DNA of 64,000 nt from an uncultured delta proteobacterium (lineage in GTDB: Bacteria > Myxococcota_A > Polyangia > Palsa-1104), in the NCBI GenBank assembly GCA_963785725.1, contig CAWAWS010000014.1, positions 352,001 to 416,000 on the forward strand, written 5' to 3'. The translations under genes and the position numbers were made by a program. The notes under the pieces are model-generated. The model saw only the letters and a program-made list of their open reading frames with translations. It ran no database searches and was not told the origin of the DNA. Of the stretch, positions 31,832-41,358 are shown piece by piece. How positions within the stretch are numbered: position 1 is the first letter of the stretch; each line of letters begins with the position of its first letter.

Positions 31832-32423
31832 TTCCAGCGTCCTTGTCCTCAACAAGCATTATCAACCGGTGCATGTCACGTCGGTGAAGCGCGCGTTCGC
31901 GCTTCTGTATATCGGCGCGGCGCGGGTGATCGAGCCCGATTTCTCGACGTTCGACTTCACCAGCTGGGCGGATTTGGCGATCGCCGAGCACGAGGTCATC
32001 CACACGATCGGCCGCGCGATCCGCATTCCGCGCGTGATCGTCTTGCAGATGTACGATCGTCTGCCGCGGACGAAGGTGCGCTTCTCGCGCCTCAACATCT
32101 ACGCCCGCGACGACAACACGTGCCAATACTGCGCGCAGAAGCTGCCGCGCACGCACCTCAACCTCGACCACGTCATTCCGCGCGCCCGCGGCGGCCGCAC
32201 GACGTGGGAGAACGTCGTCTGCTGCTGCGTGCCCTGCAACTTGAAGAAGGGCGCGAAGCTCGTGCACGAGGCGAACATGAAGCTGCTCAAGAAGCCGGAG
32301 CGGCCCAAGTGGAACCCGAGCTTCCGCGCGCCCGGCGGCCGCATCGCCTATCGCGAATGGCTGCCGTTCATCGGCGTCGTCGATGCCAGCTACTGGAACA
32401 CCGAGCTCACCGACGAAGACTGA
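31824..32423 (+). CDS. HNH endonuclease (McrA-like)
   Basis: TTG 31824 overlaps the end of selA; VLVLN, RDDNTCQYC, LDHVIPRARGG, WENVVCCCVPCNLKKG. Confidence 0.9.
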   Translation: MVNSSVLVLNKHYQPVHVTSVKRAFALLYIGAARVIEPDFSTFDFTSWADLAIAEHEVIHTIGRAIRIPRVIVLQMYDRLPRTKVRFSRLNIYARDDNTCQYCAQKLPRTHLNLDHVIPRARGGRTTWENVVCCCVPCNLKKGAKLVHEANMKLLKKPERPKWNPSFRAPGGRIAYREWLPFIGVVDASYWNTELTDED

Positions 32424-32470
32424 GCGCGCTTCACGTGGGGTTGAACCGTCGCCGTTCGCAGCAGGTCTAA

Positions 32471-33121
32471 ATGAGCCATTTCATCATCGAGCATGATTAT
32501 GTCGTCGTGCTGCCGCGGCCGCAGTCGGTCGTCGAATGGGCCGACATCGAAGGCTGGCTCTGCGAGCGCGCCGAGCGTTTATTGCCGCTCCTGACGCCAC
32601 CCGATCACGTCGCGCGCGCGCATTCGGGCGAGGCGTGGGCGATCCTCGATCCCGAATACGACTCGGGCCGCATGTGCGTCGAGCTCGAGCGGCCGCTGCG
32701 GCTGTCGGAGCGGACCGACGAAACCGCATATCTCCGCGTCATGCTCGCCGTCGCGGGCACGAGCGCGCCCACGCCGCCCGCCGAGCTCGCGGTCGAAGTC
32801 AGCGTCGCGCAGGAGCTGGAGGTGGCCAAACCCGAGTCGCTGCGCGATCGCGTGGAGCTCGGCGTCGTCATGGGCGGCGCCGCGCTCGCCGCTGTCGCGG
32901 CGTTCTGGCTCGTGACGCGCGCCGACCACGGGCTCGGCCTGGCCGTCACCGCCGCGATCTTCGCCTTCATCGGCGGTTTGATCGGGCTCATCGTCCTCAT
33001 GCAGCGGCTGCCCAATCGGGCGCGCACGGAGATGGCCGCCCGCGAGCCGGGTCCGTCGCAGGAGCTGGGCGCGCTGCTGGCCGCGGTGGCGACGCAATAT
33101 CCACCGCCGGCGAGCACCTAG
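32471..33121 (+). CDS. Hypothetical 2-TM protein
   Basis: 216-aa ORF with two C-proximal TM segments, in line with neighbouring genes. Confidence 0.6.
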   Translation: MSHFIIEHDYVVVLPRPQSVVEWADIEGWLCERAERLLPLLTPPDHVARAHSGEAWAILDPEYDSGRMCVELERPLRLSERTDETAYLRVMLAVAGTSAPTPPAELAVEVSVAQELEVAKPESLRDRVELGVVMGGAALAAVAAFWLVTRADHGLGLAVTAAIFAFIGGLIGLIVLMQRLPNRARTEMAAREPGPSQELGALLAAVATQYPPPAST

Positions 33122-33127
33122 CGTCGC

Positions 33128-33712
33128 ATGTGGCAGGTCGACTGGGAGATCGATCGCGAAGCCTACGCCGCCGAGCTGCGCCGCTTCGCGTCTGAGCCGG
33201 CCGGCCATCGTCCGCTCGTCTTCGTCGGCGACAGCTTGACGGCGTGGAGCCGCTTCGACACGCGTATTCCCGGCGCCGTCTTGCGCGGCATCGCCGGCGA
33301 TCAAGCCGATCTCGTGCGCGATCGGCTGGCCGAAGTCGTCACGCGCACGCCGACGCAGCTGTTCCTCATGATCGGGCTCAACGATCTGCAGCGCGCGCAT
33401 CCGCCGGCGCAAGTGGCCGACGACATCGCCGCGTCGGTCGACTTCGTGCGCCGACATTCGCCGGCGACGCAGATCGTCGTGCAGAGCGTGCTGCCGTCGA
33501 CGAGCGCGGAGCTGCAGGCGCAGATCGTCGCGCTCAATCCGCGCTTGCGGAGGCTGGCGGCCGACCGCGCGCAGACGTGGCTCGACGTGCACGCGCAGTT
33601 CCTGCTGCCGAACGGTCGCGTCCGCCCCGGCCTGCTTCAGCCCGATCATGTGCACCTGACCGAAGCCGGCTACGACGCCTGGCTGACCGCGCTGAAACCG
33701 CTGCTGCCGTAG
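33128..33712 (+). CDS. SGNH/GDSL hydrolase
   Basis: FVGDSLT, GIAGD, MIGLNDL, PDHVHL blocks. Confidence 0.9.
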   Translation: MWQVDWEIDREAYAAELRRFASEPAGHRPLVFVGDSLTAWSRFDTRIPGAVLRGIAGDQADLVRDRLAEVVTRTPTQLFLMIGLNDLQRAHPPAQVADDIAASVDFVRRHSPATQIVVQSVLPSTSAELQAQIVALNPRLRRLAADRAQTWLDVHAQFLLPNGRVRPGLLQPDHVHLTEAGYDAWLTALKPLLP

Positions 33713-33877
33713 GCGTTCGTCGTGGCTCATCGGGTCGTCGCGGCTCGCCGAATCTTCGGGCACGCCGAGATCCACGGGCACGATCGGGCTCAGCGGCGAC
33801 GGCTTGCACGGCGGCTCGACGCACGCGATTTGCACGCGAAGCTATGGCGCGAGGCCAATTCGCGATACGCTGGCGTC

Positions 33878-35454
33878 GTGGTCGACGCAGACGAGTCCGA
33901 AGACGCGCCTTCTAGTGAACGCGCGTCCGGCGCCGGAGCCGGCGGCCGTCGCATCATCGCCATCGGCGGCGGCAAAGGCGGCGTCGGCAAATCGCTGCTC
34001 GCGGCCAACCTCGCCATCTACTTGGCGCAGCTCGGCAAGCGCGTCGTGCTCATCGACGCCGACTTGGGCGGCGCCAACTTGCACACCTTCGTCGGCGTCG
34101 AGCGCCCGTCGGTGACGCTGGGCGACTTCTTCGACAAGCGCGTCGCCCGCATCGAAGACTGCGTCGTCGAGACGCCGGTCAAAGGGCTGGGCCTCGTCTC
34201 CGGCGAAGGCGATCCTTTGTGGGCGGCCAATCCGCGCCCGGCGACGAAGAACCGCCTGATCAACCAAGTGCGTGAGATCGATACCGATTACTTGATCTGC
34301 GACTTGCCGCCGGGCTCCGGTTTCATCGCGCTCGACTTCTTCTTGGTGGCGCACTTGGGCGTGCTCGTCGTCGTGCCCGAGCCGACCAGCGTCGAGAACA
34401 CGTTTCGCTTCATCAAGTCGGCGTTTTTGCGCCGGCTGCGCGATATCCAGAAGGTCGACAAGCTGCCGGTCGATCGCACGTTCGAGGGCGGCATGCCATC
34501 GCCGCTCGATCTCTATCACGCGGCCAAAGAGACGGATCCGGCGCTGGCGGCGCGCGTGCTCGAGGAGATCCAGCGCTTTCGCCCGCGCCTGGTCGTCAAC
34601 CAGACGCGCACGCGCGCCGATCTCGACTTGGGCGCGCAGCTGCGCTCGGCCGGCCGGCGTCGCCTCGGCCTCAACATCGATTACTTGGGCCACCTGGAAT
34701 CGGACGACGCCGTCTGGCTGGCGGTGCGCAAACGGCGGCCGCTCATCGTCGACTACCCGGAAGCGAAGGTGTCGAAGAACGTCGAGCGCATCGTGCGGCG
34801 GCTGTTGGCGACGGAGCAGGGCGAGCGCGCCTTCGATCCGCCCAAGCGCACCGAGGAGCAGACACTTTACGAGGTGCTTGGAGATCGATCCCGGCGCCAG
34901 CGACGAGGAGATTCGCCGCGCGTCGAAGCGCATGCGCGAGATGTACGCCAACGAGTCGATGGTCGTGTGCGGCCTGTACACGCCCGAGCGGCTCGCGGTC
35001 GTGCATCAGCGACTGGAAGAGGCCTACGACACGCTGCTGGACCAAGACAAGCGCAAGACCTACGACATCAAGCTCTTTCCCGATGGCATTCCGGCGCGCG
35101 CGGCGGTCGGCTCGCCGTCGGGCACGACGCCGGTCGTGGCCGGGCCGTCCAAAGACGACACGCCGCTGCGCGTCGACATCCCGGAGCCGATCGTCGACGT
35201 CAACACCGAGATCACGGGCGAGCTGCTCAAGCAGGTGCGCGAGGCGCGGCACGTAGATCTGGCGACCATCGCGCAGCGCAGTAAAGTCTCGCTGCATCAC
35301 CTGCGCTCGATCGAGGAAGAGAACTGGCGGGTCATGCCGGCGCCGGTCTATCTGCGCGGCTTTTTGGTCGAAATTGCCCGCTTTTTACGGCTCGATCCGA
35401 CCCAAGTGACGCGCAGCTACCTCGCCCGCTACCATAAATCCAAGGCGACTGTAG
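33878..35454 (+). CDS. MinD/FlhG-type ATPase fused to J-like and RodZ-type HTH domains (+1 indel near 34877; 3' end uncertain)
   Basis: GGGKGGVGKS, DADLGGANLH, CDLPPG, PEPTSVEN; then LYEVLEIDPGASDEEIRRA and GELLKQVREAR...PAPVYLRGFL. GTG 33878 with TACGCT 6 nt upstream. Confidence 0.8.
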
Positions 35455-35471
35455 CCGACGAGCCGGGCCTG

Positions 35472-35500
35472 TTGAATGTTCGGCGGCCACGTCATAAGAT
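35472..35500 (+). promoter_or_regulatory. Sigma-70-type promoter TTGAAT-N17-TAAGAT, 6 nt before ATG 35507
   Basis: Read directly; 17-nt spacer; no SD, so probably leaderless. Confidence 0.7.
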
Positions 35501-35506
35501 CGCCGT

Positions 35507-35770
35507 ATGCAGCTCATCGACAAGCCGGATCGCGCCCGCCAACTCGCGCGCGCCATCGCGTCGGACCTCACGCTCTATCACGAGAAAGAGATCGTCGAGG
35601 GCATCGAAAACGACACGCTTTTCGTCGTCATGCGCGAGCACATCGAGGAGGGCCGGGCGCTGTTCAAGAGCCGCGTGACTCCCGAGATCTATCAATTGAA
35701 TCTGTATGATCGCGCGATCATCGACGTCATGATCAAGAGCAAGGGTCACGTCAAATCCAAGATTTGGTAG
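35507..35770 (+). CDS. romX: RomX-like small protein (subunit of the MglA GEF complex)
   Basis: 87 aa; ARQLARAIASDLTLY...EEGRALFKSRV...RAIIDV...HVKSKIW matches my recollection of myxobacterial RomX; next to rluD. Not verified by search. Confidence 0.7.
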   Translation: MQLIDKPDRARQLARAIASDLTLYHEKEIVEGIENDTLFVVMREHIEEGRALFKSRVTPEIYQLNLYDRAIIDVMIKSKGHVKSKIW

Positions 35771-36714
35771 CGCCGGAATCAAGCGGTTTACGAGCTCACG
35801 GTCGACGCGTCGGGCGAGGGCGAGCGGCTCGACGTCTGGCTGGCGCGACAAGGCTTGCCGTGGTCGCGCTCGCAGATCAGCCGCCGCATCGACGAGGGCG
35901 AAGTGCGCGTCGACGGCCAGACGGCGCGACCGGCGCGCAAGCTGAAGGCCAAAGAGCGCGTCGTGTTCACGCCGCCGCCGATCGTGACGGTCGAAGATCG
36001 GCCGGAAAATATCCCGCTCACGGTCCTCTACGAAGATTCGCACCTCATCGTCATCGACAAGCCGGCGGGGATGGTCGTCCATCCGGCGACGTCGCACCAG
36101 GCCGGCACGCTGGTGAACGCGCTGCTCCATCACTGCGGCGATTCGCTGCAGGGCGTCGGCGGCGAGCGGCGGCCGGGCATCGTGCATCGGCTCGACAAGG
36201 ACACGTCGGGCGTCATGGTCGTGGCCAAGAACGAGCCGACGTTGGTGGCGCTGCAGACGCTGTTCGCGGCGCACGATCTCGAGCGCAGCTACGTGGCCAT
36301 CGTCGAAGGGGTAGTCGCGGAGCAGGGCAGCTTCAAGACGAAATACGGGCGCGATCCCAACGATCGCAAGAAGTTCTCGTCCGAAGTGCAGTCGGGCAAG
36401 CGGGCGGTGACGCACTGGCGCGTGCGTCGAGCGGCTCGCCGGCGCGACGCTCGTCGAAGTGTCGCTGGAGACGGGGCGGACGCATCAGATTCGCGTGCAC
36501 TTCTCCGACGACGGGCACGCGCTCATCGGCGATCGCACTTACGGGCGGCCGCCGCGCGAGGCGCACGCTGCGCGGCGTCGCGCGTACACTCGGGCGGCAG
36601 GCGCTGCATGCGCGCGTCCTCGGCTTCGTCCATCCGGCGACGGGGCAGAAGATGCGCTGGACGGCGGAGCCGCCCGCCGACTTCGCGACGGCGCTGGCGG
36701 CTCTGCGCGGCTGA
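35764..36714 (+). CDS. rluD: 23S rRNA pseudouridine synthase RluD/RluA family (indels near 35782, 36425, 36564)
   Basis: S4 domain RLDVWL...[53 protein letters not shown]. Confidence 0.88.
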   Translation: MVAPESSGLRAHGRRVGRGRAARRLAGATRLAVVALADQPPHRRGRSARRRPDGATGAQAEGQRARRVHAAADRDGRRSAGKYPAHGPLRRFAPHRHRQAGGDGRPSGDVAPGRHAGERAAPSLRRFAAGRRRRAAAGHRASARQGHVGRHGRGQERADVGGAADAVRGARSRAQLRGHRRRGSRGAGQLQDEIRARSQRSQEVLVRSAVGQAGGDALARASSGSPARRSSKCRWRRGGRIRFACTSPTTGTRSSAIALTGGRRARRTLRGVARTLGRQALHARVLGFVHPATGQKMRWTAEPPADFATALAALRG

Positions 36715-36872
36715 CCGCGATGCGCGGCGCCGCGTTTCGGTCGCGCCCGCCTGATGTGACGCCGCCGACAGGGCGACCAAAGCACGACAGCCTTGTCCGG
36801 TTGTCGACGGCGTGGCGACGGCTTCGCGCCCGCGGTTTGGGCTAACTCCTTGCGGTGACTGCGCTTAGGCGA

Positions 36873-36889
36873 CTGGCATCGCGCCTGCT
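36873..36889 (+). promoter_or_regulatory. Sigma-54 -24/-12 promoter
   Basis: CTGGCATCGCGCCTGCT (GG-N10-GC) about 30 nt upstream of ATG 36920, which has a GGAGG SD. Confidence 0.7.
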
Positions 36890-36919
36890 TTGGGCCGGTG
36901 GACCATGCCGGAGGATTCC

Positions 36920-37663
36920 ATGCGCGTCGTCGTTCTCGCTTTGGTTCTATCGCCTGCGCTCGCGTTCGCCCAAGCGCCGGTCGCCGCGCCGCAGCCGATC
37001 TTGCCGGCGGGCATGATTGCCGTGCCGCAGCCGCAGCCGGTGCAGCCGCAGGTGGTTGCCGTGCCGCAGCCGCAGCCGCAAATGGTCGTGCCCGCGCCGC
37101 AGGCGGCCGAGCCGTCCGAATGCGTGACGACGACGACCATTCGCTGCACCGGCGCCGCCGCGCCCTATGCCGTGCCGCGGCCGCAGCCGCCGGCGATCAT
37201 CGTGCCCGCGCCGCAGCCGCAGCCGCAGCCGATGATGCGTCCGACGTTGATGCTCGATCCGCACGCCGCCCTCGGCGACGGCTGGCATCTCGAGCAGACG
37301 CCCGACGGCGTCATCTGGCGCACGCGCAAACGCTCGAGCGACTCGCCGGCCGTGTGGGGCACCGGTCTGGCGTTGTGGCTGGGCAGCTACGCCATCGCCG
37401 CCGGCGTCGGCACCAGCAACGGCGACTTCTCGCTGATCGCGTGGTGGCCGATCTTGGGCGCGTTCTTCGCCGCCGCCGGCACCGATTCGACGGGCGGCAA
37501 GATTTTGTGGACCGCCGACGGCTTGGCGCAGGCCGGCGGCTTCATCGCCTTCCTCGTCGGCTTGGCCGTCGGTCCCGAGAAGATGGAGCGCGAGCCGGTC
37601 CTCGTCACGCCCATCAGCCTCGCCGGCGGCGGCAGCGGCGTCGGCATCATCGGCCGTTTTTGA
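36920..37663 (+). CDS. Exported Pro/Gln-rich protein with hydrophobic C-terminal domain
   Basis: Signal MRVVVLALVLSPALAFA; PQPQP repeats; ends PVLVTPISLAGGGSGVGIIGRF. Confidence 0.75.
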   Translation: MRVVVLALVLSPALAFAQAPVAAPQPILPAGMIAVPQPQPVQPQVVAVPQPQPQMVVPAPQAAEPSECVTTTTIRCTGAAAPYAVPRPQPPAIIVPAPQPQPQPMMRPTLMLDPHAALGDGWHLEQTPDGVIWRTRKRSSDSPAVWGTGLALWLGSYAIAAGVGTSNGDFSLIAWWPILGAFFAAAGTDSTGGKILWTADGLAQAGGFIAFLVGLAVGPEKMEREPVLVTPISLAGGGSGVGIIGRF

Positions 37664-37696
37664 GCGTCATCCGCTATCTCCGCTAATATTGACCGC

Positions 37697-38458
37697 ATGA
37701 TGCTCTCGACGTCGCCGCTGTTACGCGGAGTCCGCCACGGCTTCTCCACGCGTCGCGGCGGTGTCTCGACCGGCCGCTTCGCCACGCTGAACCTCGGCGG
37801 CAAATGGGGCGACGATCCGGAAGCGGTGGCGCACAATCGTCGCCGCTTCGCCGCCGCCGGCGGGTTCGACTGGGAGCGGCTGTTCACGGCCAAACAGGTG
37901 CACGGCGCGCGCGTCGCCGTCGTCGTCGAAGGCACGCTGCCCGAGCGCGTGGCCGTCAGCGAGGCCGACGTCGTCGTCACGGCGCAACCGGGCGCGGTCG
38001 TAGGCGTTTACACGGCCGACTGCGTGCCCATCCTGTTCGCCGACGGCGACGGGCGCGTCGCGGCGGCGCACGCCGGCTGGCGCGGCACGGTGCAAGGCGT
38101 GGCCGTCGCTGCCGTCGAAGCGCTGGTCTCGATCGGCGCCCATCGCGAGTCGCTGCACGCCGCGCTCGGCCCGTCGATCTGCGCGCGCTGCTTCGAGGTC
38201 GGCGACGAAGTGGCGGCCGCGTTCGACGCGCTCGTGCCGTCGGCGGTCGTGCGCGCCCGCGGGCAAAAGCCGCACGTCGACTTGTGGGAAGCCAATCGCC
38301 GCCTGCTCGTCGACGCCGGCGTGCGCGCGGAAGCCATCGACGCCAAGCCGCCGTGCACGATGTGCGAAGCCGAGCGCTACTTCAGCTTTCGCCGCGACGG
38401 CAGCGGCATCGGCCAACAGCTCAGCTTCGTCGCGTCGACAGCGCTCGCAGACGGCTGA
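37697..38458 (+). CDS. pgeF: Peptidoglycan editing factor / purine nucleoside phosphorylase YfiH
   Basis: HGFSTRRGGVS, QVHG, TADCVPIL, AHAGWRG, GPSICARCFEVG, YFSFRR. Confidence 0.93.
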   Translation: MMLSTSPLLRGVRHGFSTRRGGVSTGRFATLNLGGKWGDDPEAVAHNRRRFAAAGGFDWERLFTAKQVHGARVAVVVEGTLPERVAVSEADVVVTAQPGAVVGVYTADCVPILFADGDGRVAAAHAGWRGTVQGVAVAAVEALVSIGAHRESLHAALGPSICARCFEVGDEVAAAFDALVPSAVVRARGQKPHVDLWEANRRLLVDAGVRAEAIDAKPPCTMCEAERYFSFRRDGSGIGQQLSFVASTALADG

Positions 38459-39296
38459 GCCCGAGCGCGTACGACTCCTCGCCCGACGGCAACGGCGGCG
38501 TCTCGAGAAACGCCGGAATCGCGGCGAACCGCGGGTCATCGACGAGCCGCGCGAACGGTTTGATGCCGATGAGCCCATCGCCGACGACCTCGTGGCGATC
38601 GACGCGCGAGCCGAGCGGCTTCTTCGAGTCGTTCAAGTGGAACGCTTCCAGATGCCGAAGCCCTACGGTCGCATCGAAATCGGCGAACACGCGCTCGTAG
38701 CCGCGCGCCGTCGTCCAATCGACACCCGCCGCCCACAAATGCTGCGTATCCAAGCAGACGCCGAGGCGCTTTTCGCCCGCCTGCGCCAGCATCTCGGCCA
38801 GCTCGGCGAAGCTGCAGCCGACGCACGAGCCTTGTCCGGCCGTCGACTCGAGCAGCAGCCGCACCTTCGGCTTACTGCCGAGCGAGCGACAGATCTGCCG
38901 CAGCGCCTCGGCCACGCGCGCGATGGCGTCGTCCGTCGCGCTGCCGACCGCCGCGCCCGGATGCACGATCACTTGCGCGACGCCGAGCGACTCCGCCCGC
39001 GCGCACTCTTCGTACAACGTCTCCGTCGAGCGCTCCCAGATCTGCGCCGACGTCGCCGCCAAGTTGATGAGATAGGACGCGTGCGCCGCCAACGGCAGCT
39101 TGGTGTTCGTCGTCGCGCCGCGCGCTGTCTTGTGCGCGGCCTTGAAGCGCGCGATGGTCTCCGCGTCGAGCGGCTTGGCCGCCCATTGGCGCGACGAGCG
39201 CGTCCATAGTTGCACGGCGTCACAGCGGTCGCGCGCGGCGCGCTCGAACACGCGGTCGAGACCGCCGGCGACCGACTCGTGCGCCCCTAAAATCAC
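38421..39296 (-). CDS. nfo: Endonuclease IV (AP endonuclease 2)
   Basis: LGAHESVAGG, HASYLINLA, HPG, LESTAGQG, CLDTQH, HLNDSK, RVDRH, LETP. Confidence 0.95.
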   Translation of the reverse strand: MILGAHESVAGGLDRVFERAARDRCDAVQLWTRSSRQWAAKPLDAETIARFKAAHKTARGATTNTKLPLAAHASYLINLAATSAQIWERSTETLYEECARAESLGVAQVIVHPGAAVGSATDDAIARVAEALRQICRSLGSKPKVRLLLESTAGQGSCVGCSFAELAEMLAQAGEKRLGVCLDTQHLWAAGVDWTTARGYERVFADFDATVGLRHLEAFHLNDSKKPLGSRVDRHEVVGDGLIGIKPFARLVDDPRFAAIPAFLETPPLPSGEESYALGLSRLRALSTRRS

Positions 39297-39330
39297 GTCG
39301 ACAAAGCTGCTGAAAGCGCGACCGCGGAAG

Positions 39331-39350
39331 AAGTAAACGCGTGTTTACTT
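39331..39350. promoter_or_regulatory. AT-rich palindrome AAGTAAAC-gcgt-GTTTACTT
   Basis: Perfect 8-bp arms about 35 nt upstream of the nfo start; overlaps the stop of the 55-aa ORF. Confidence 0.45.
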
Positions 39351-39512
39351 GCTCGCGCGGATGCCCTTCTTGCGGAAGTACGCGCGCAATAATTTGCGGC
39401 GATAGACTTCCCAGCGGGCGACTTCAGCGGAGACGTCGACGGTGAATCCGTAAGGGGTGAACGTCGAGATCCCGTTGCCGAGATCGGTGCAGATGGTGAT
39501 CCCCTTGTTCAT
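39345..39512 (-). CDS. 55-aa basic small protein (below the ORF-track cutoff)
   Basis: MNKGITICTDLGNGISTFTPYGFTVDVSAEVARWEVYRRKLLRAYFRKKGIRASK; its ATG overlaps the SIR2 stop (ATGA); mostly GC3 codons; fills the gap between SIR2 and nfo. Confidence 0.65.
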   Translation of the reverse strand: MNKGITICTDLGNGISTFTPYGFTVDVSAEVARWEVYRRKLLRAYFRKKGIRASK

Positions 39513-41059
39513 TCGCTGCTCATTATGCGGCCGCGCGATGCGTCACGCAAGAGACCGCAGGCGCCGCTGATGGTCTCGCGCATGAGCGTCCGCATGGCGT
39601 TGGGCGGCGCGCCCTCGGCCAGCGTCGCGTCGGACGACACCAACTGCAGCACGGCGACCGGGATTCCGCCCGCCGCGTAGTCGAAATAAGGCACTGAAAT
39701 CAACGATCGATACCAATCTTGATAGGGCGGCTCACCGGCCGGCGCCTTGGGCATGCTCGGCCGATTGCGCTTGAGCGCCTCGCCGACCACGAGCGCCAGC
39801 TCGACCTCCGGCAGCGTGTGAACGTCGTGACGCGGATCGAACCAGCGCGGCGCTTCGGTGGCGCGGCCCGGCATCGATGACAGCGCGCGGCGATAACGGC
39901 CGCCGATCATCGGCAAAAACAGGTTGAGCTCGACGCGACCGCTCAAGCCGAGCGACGCCACGATGCGATCGCGATGATAGCCGAGGAGATCGCTGCCGAT
40001 CTCTTGCAGCGCCGGATCTTCGAAGTCGACGCCGTCGTAGTTGGCTTGCGCCCACACTTGCCGCAGCTCGCGATGACGGCGATCCCACTCTTCGTCGCTG
40101 AAGCGAATGCGACGCAGCAGGTAATTGAGACCATCCCACGACGCGAGGCGCAGGATCTTGACGCCTTGCTCCTGCCAGAAGCGGTGCTCGTCGTCGTCGA
40201 GCATCTCGGCGGCCCGGTTCATGAGCTCATCGGGACCGGGCGGGCGATGCTGCAGGATGACGAAGTGATCGTGCGATTCGTCGTGCGATTTCTTGTGCTC
40301 CGACAGATAGGCCAAGAGGCGACGCACGTTGGGATCGGTCAGGCTCATGCCGATGATCAGCACCGAGCGCGAGTCGAGCAGGCTCAAGAGCTCGCGATTG
40401 GTCCAGGCCGTGTGCTCGTTCGACAGCCGGTGGTAGTCGAGGTCGGACGCGACGAGGCCGGCCGCGAGCCGTTTCTCCTCGGCGACGCCGGGATGCTCGA
40501 ACGGGAAATAGCCGTGTAGATGCACGACGCGCGGGCCGTCCGAGAAGCTGCGCCGGCCGGCATGCACCGCGCGCGGCTTTTGCCCGGTCGCGTTCTTGAG
40601 GGCGACTTCGAGGAGGTCGTCGTAGTTCGTCGTGTGCAGGCAGGGAAACGGCGGCTCGGAGTCGAGCGCCAGTCGCACGAGCGCGTAATGCGACTCGGTG
40701 GGCTGGAACTTGCGCAGCTGCTCGCGCTCGTACATCGCGCCGCGCAGGACGATGTGAAACTCGGCGCCGACCCGCTGGCGCACGAGATCGATCGCCGCCA
40801 GCGACTGGCCTTGCAAGAGCTCGAGATAGGCGCGGCTGATCTCGACCGACTGCGCGGCGCCGCCGGGCGCGTGGCGACCGAGCGCTTGCTCGAGCAGCGC
40901 CTGGTTGAACGCGGCCCAGCTCGGCAGGCCGATCGGCACCGACAGGCCGGCACCGACGAGAAAGCCGAGGCGGCCGGCGCGATGCTGCTCGCGCACTTCG
41001 CGCAGGACGTCGCGCGCCACGTTCGACAGGAACGCCGGGTTGGCCCGCAGCGGAGGCAT
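39509..41059 (-). CDS. SIR2-like (SIR2_2) domain protein with unknown, possibly GAF-like, C-terminal domain
   Basis: GFLVGAGLSVPIGLPSW, LHTTNYDDLLE, VVHLHG, VLIIGMSLTDPN; ATG 41059 with TAGAGT 8 nt upstream; 516 aa. Confidence 0.85.
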   Translation of the reverse strand: MPPLRANPAFLSNVARDVLREVREQHRAGRLGFLVGAGLSVPIGLPSWAAFNQALLEQALGRHAPGGAAQSVEISRAYLELLQGQSLAAIDLVRQRVGAEFHIVLRGAMYEREQLRKFQPTESHYALVRLALDSEPPFPCLHTTNYDDLLEVALKNATGQKPRAVHAGRRSFSDGPRVVHLHGYFPFEHPGVAEEKRLAAGLVASDLDYHRLSNEHTAWTNRELLSLLDSRSVLIIGMSLTDPNVRRLLAYLSEHKKSHDESHDHFVILQHRPPGPDELMNRAAEMLDDDEHRFWQEQGVKILRLASWDGLNYLLRRIRFSDEEWDRRHRELRQVWAQANYDGVDFEDPALQEIGSDLLGYHRDRIVASLGLSGRVELNLFLPMIGGRYRRALSSMPGRATEAPRWFDPRHDVHTLPEVELALVVGEALKRNRPSMPKAPAGEPPYQDWYRSLISVPYFDYAAGGIPVAVLQLVSSDATLAEGAPPNAMRTLMRETISGACGLLRDASRGRIMSSE

Positions 41060-41247
41060 GGCGCGCGACTCTACCGCAGCTTCCGATCCGGCGCTAACGA
41101 CGCGGCGGAGCGTAGGGCGCGACAGTCGGCGGTTGCACCGGCCGCGAAAGTCGGTCCTGCGAACGGCGCGCGGACCGCGAGGGTCGTCGGCTATCGCCGA
41201 GGGCGCGCCAAGCGAGGAACCCGCCGGCGGCACGTCAGCCGCCGTGT

Positions 41248-41358
41248 GAATCGGTCGGCAAACGCGCCGGCCGCGAGAATCGGTCGGCAAACGCGCCGGC
41301 CGCGAGAATCGGTCGGCAAACACGCCGGCCGCAGAATCGGTCGGCAAAATGCCGGCCG
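41248..41358. repeat. Tandem repeat, about 4 x 29 bp (gaatcggtcggcaaacgcgccggccgcga)
   Basis: Units start at 41248, 41277, 41306 and 41334; the first two are identical and the later two degenerate; no spacers. Confidence 0.9.

Noticed and set aside
41248..41358. Possible CRISPR array (29-bp repeats)
   Set aside because: Units are head-to-tail with no unique spacers, and no cas genes are in the window. The same applies to the repeats at 4719, 47772 and 52845.
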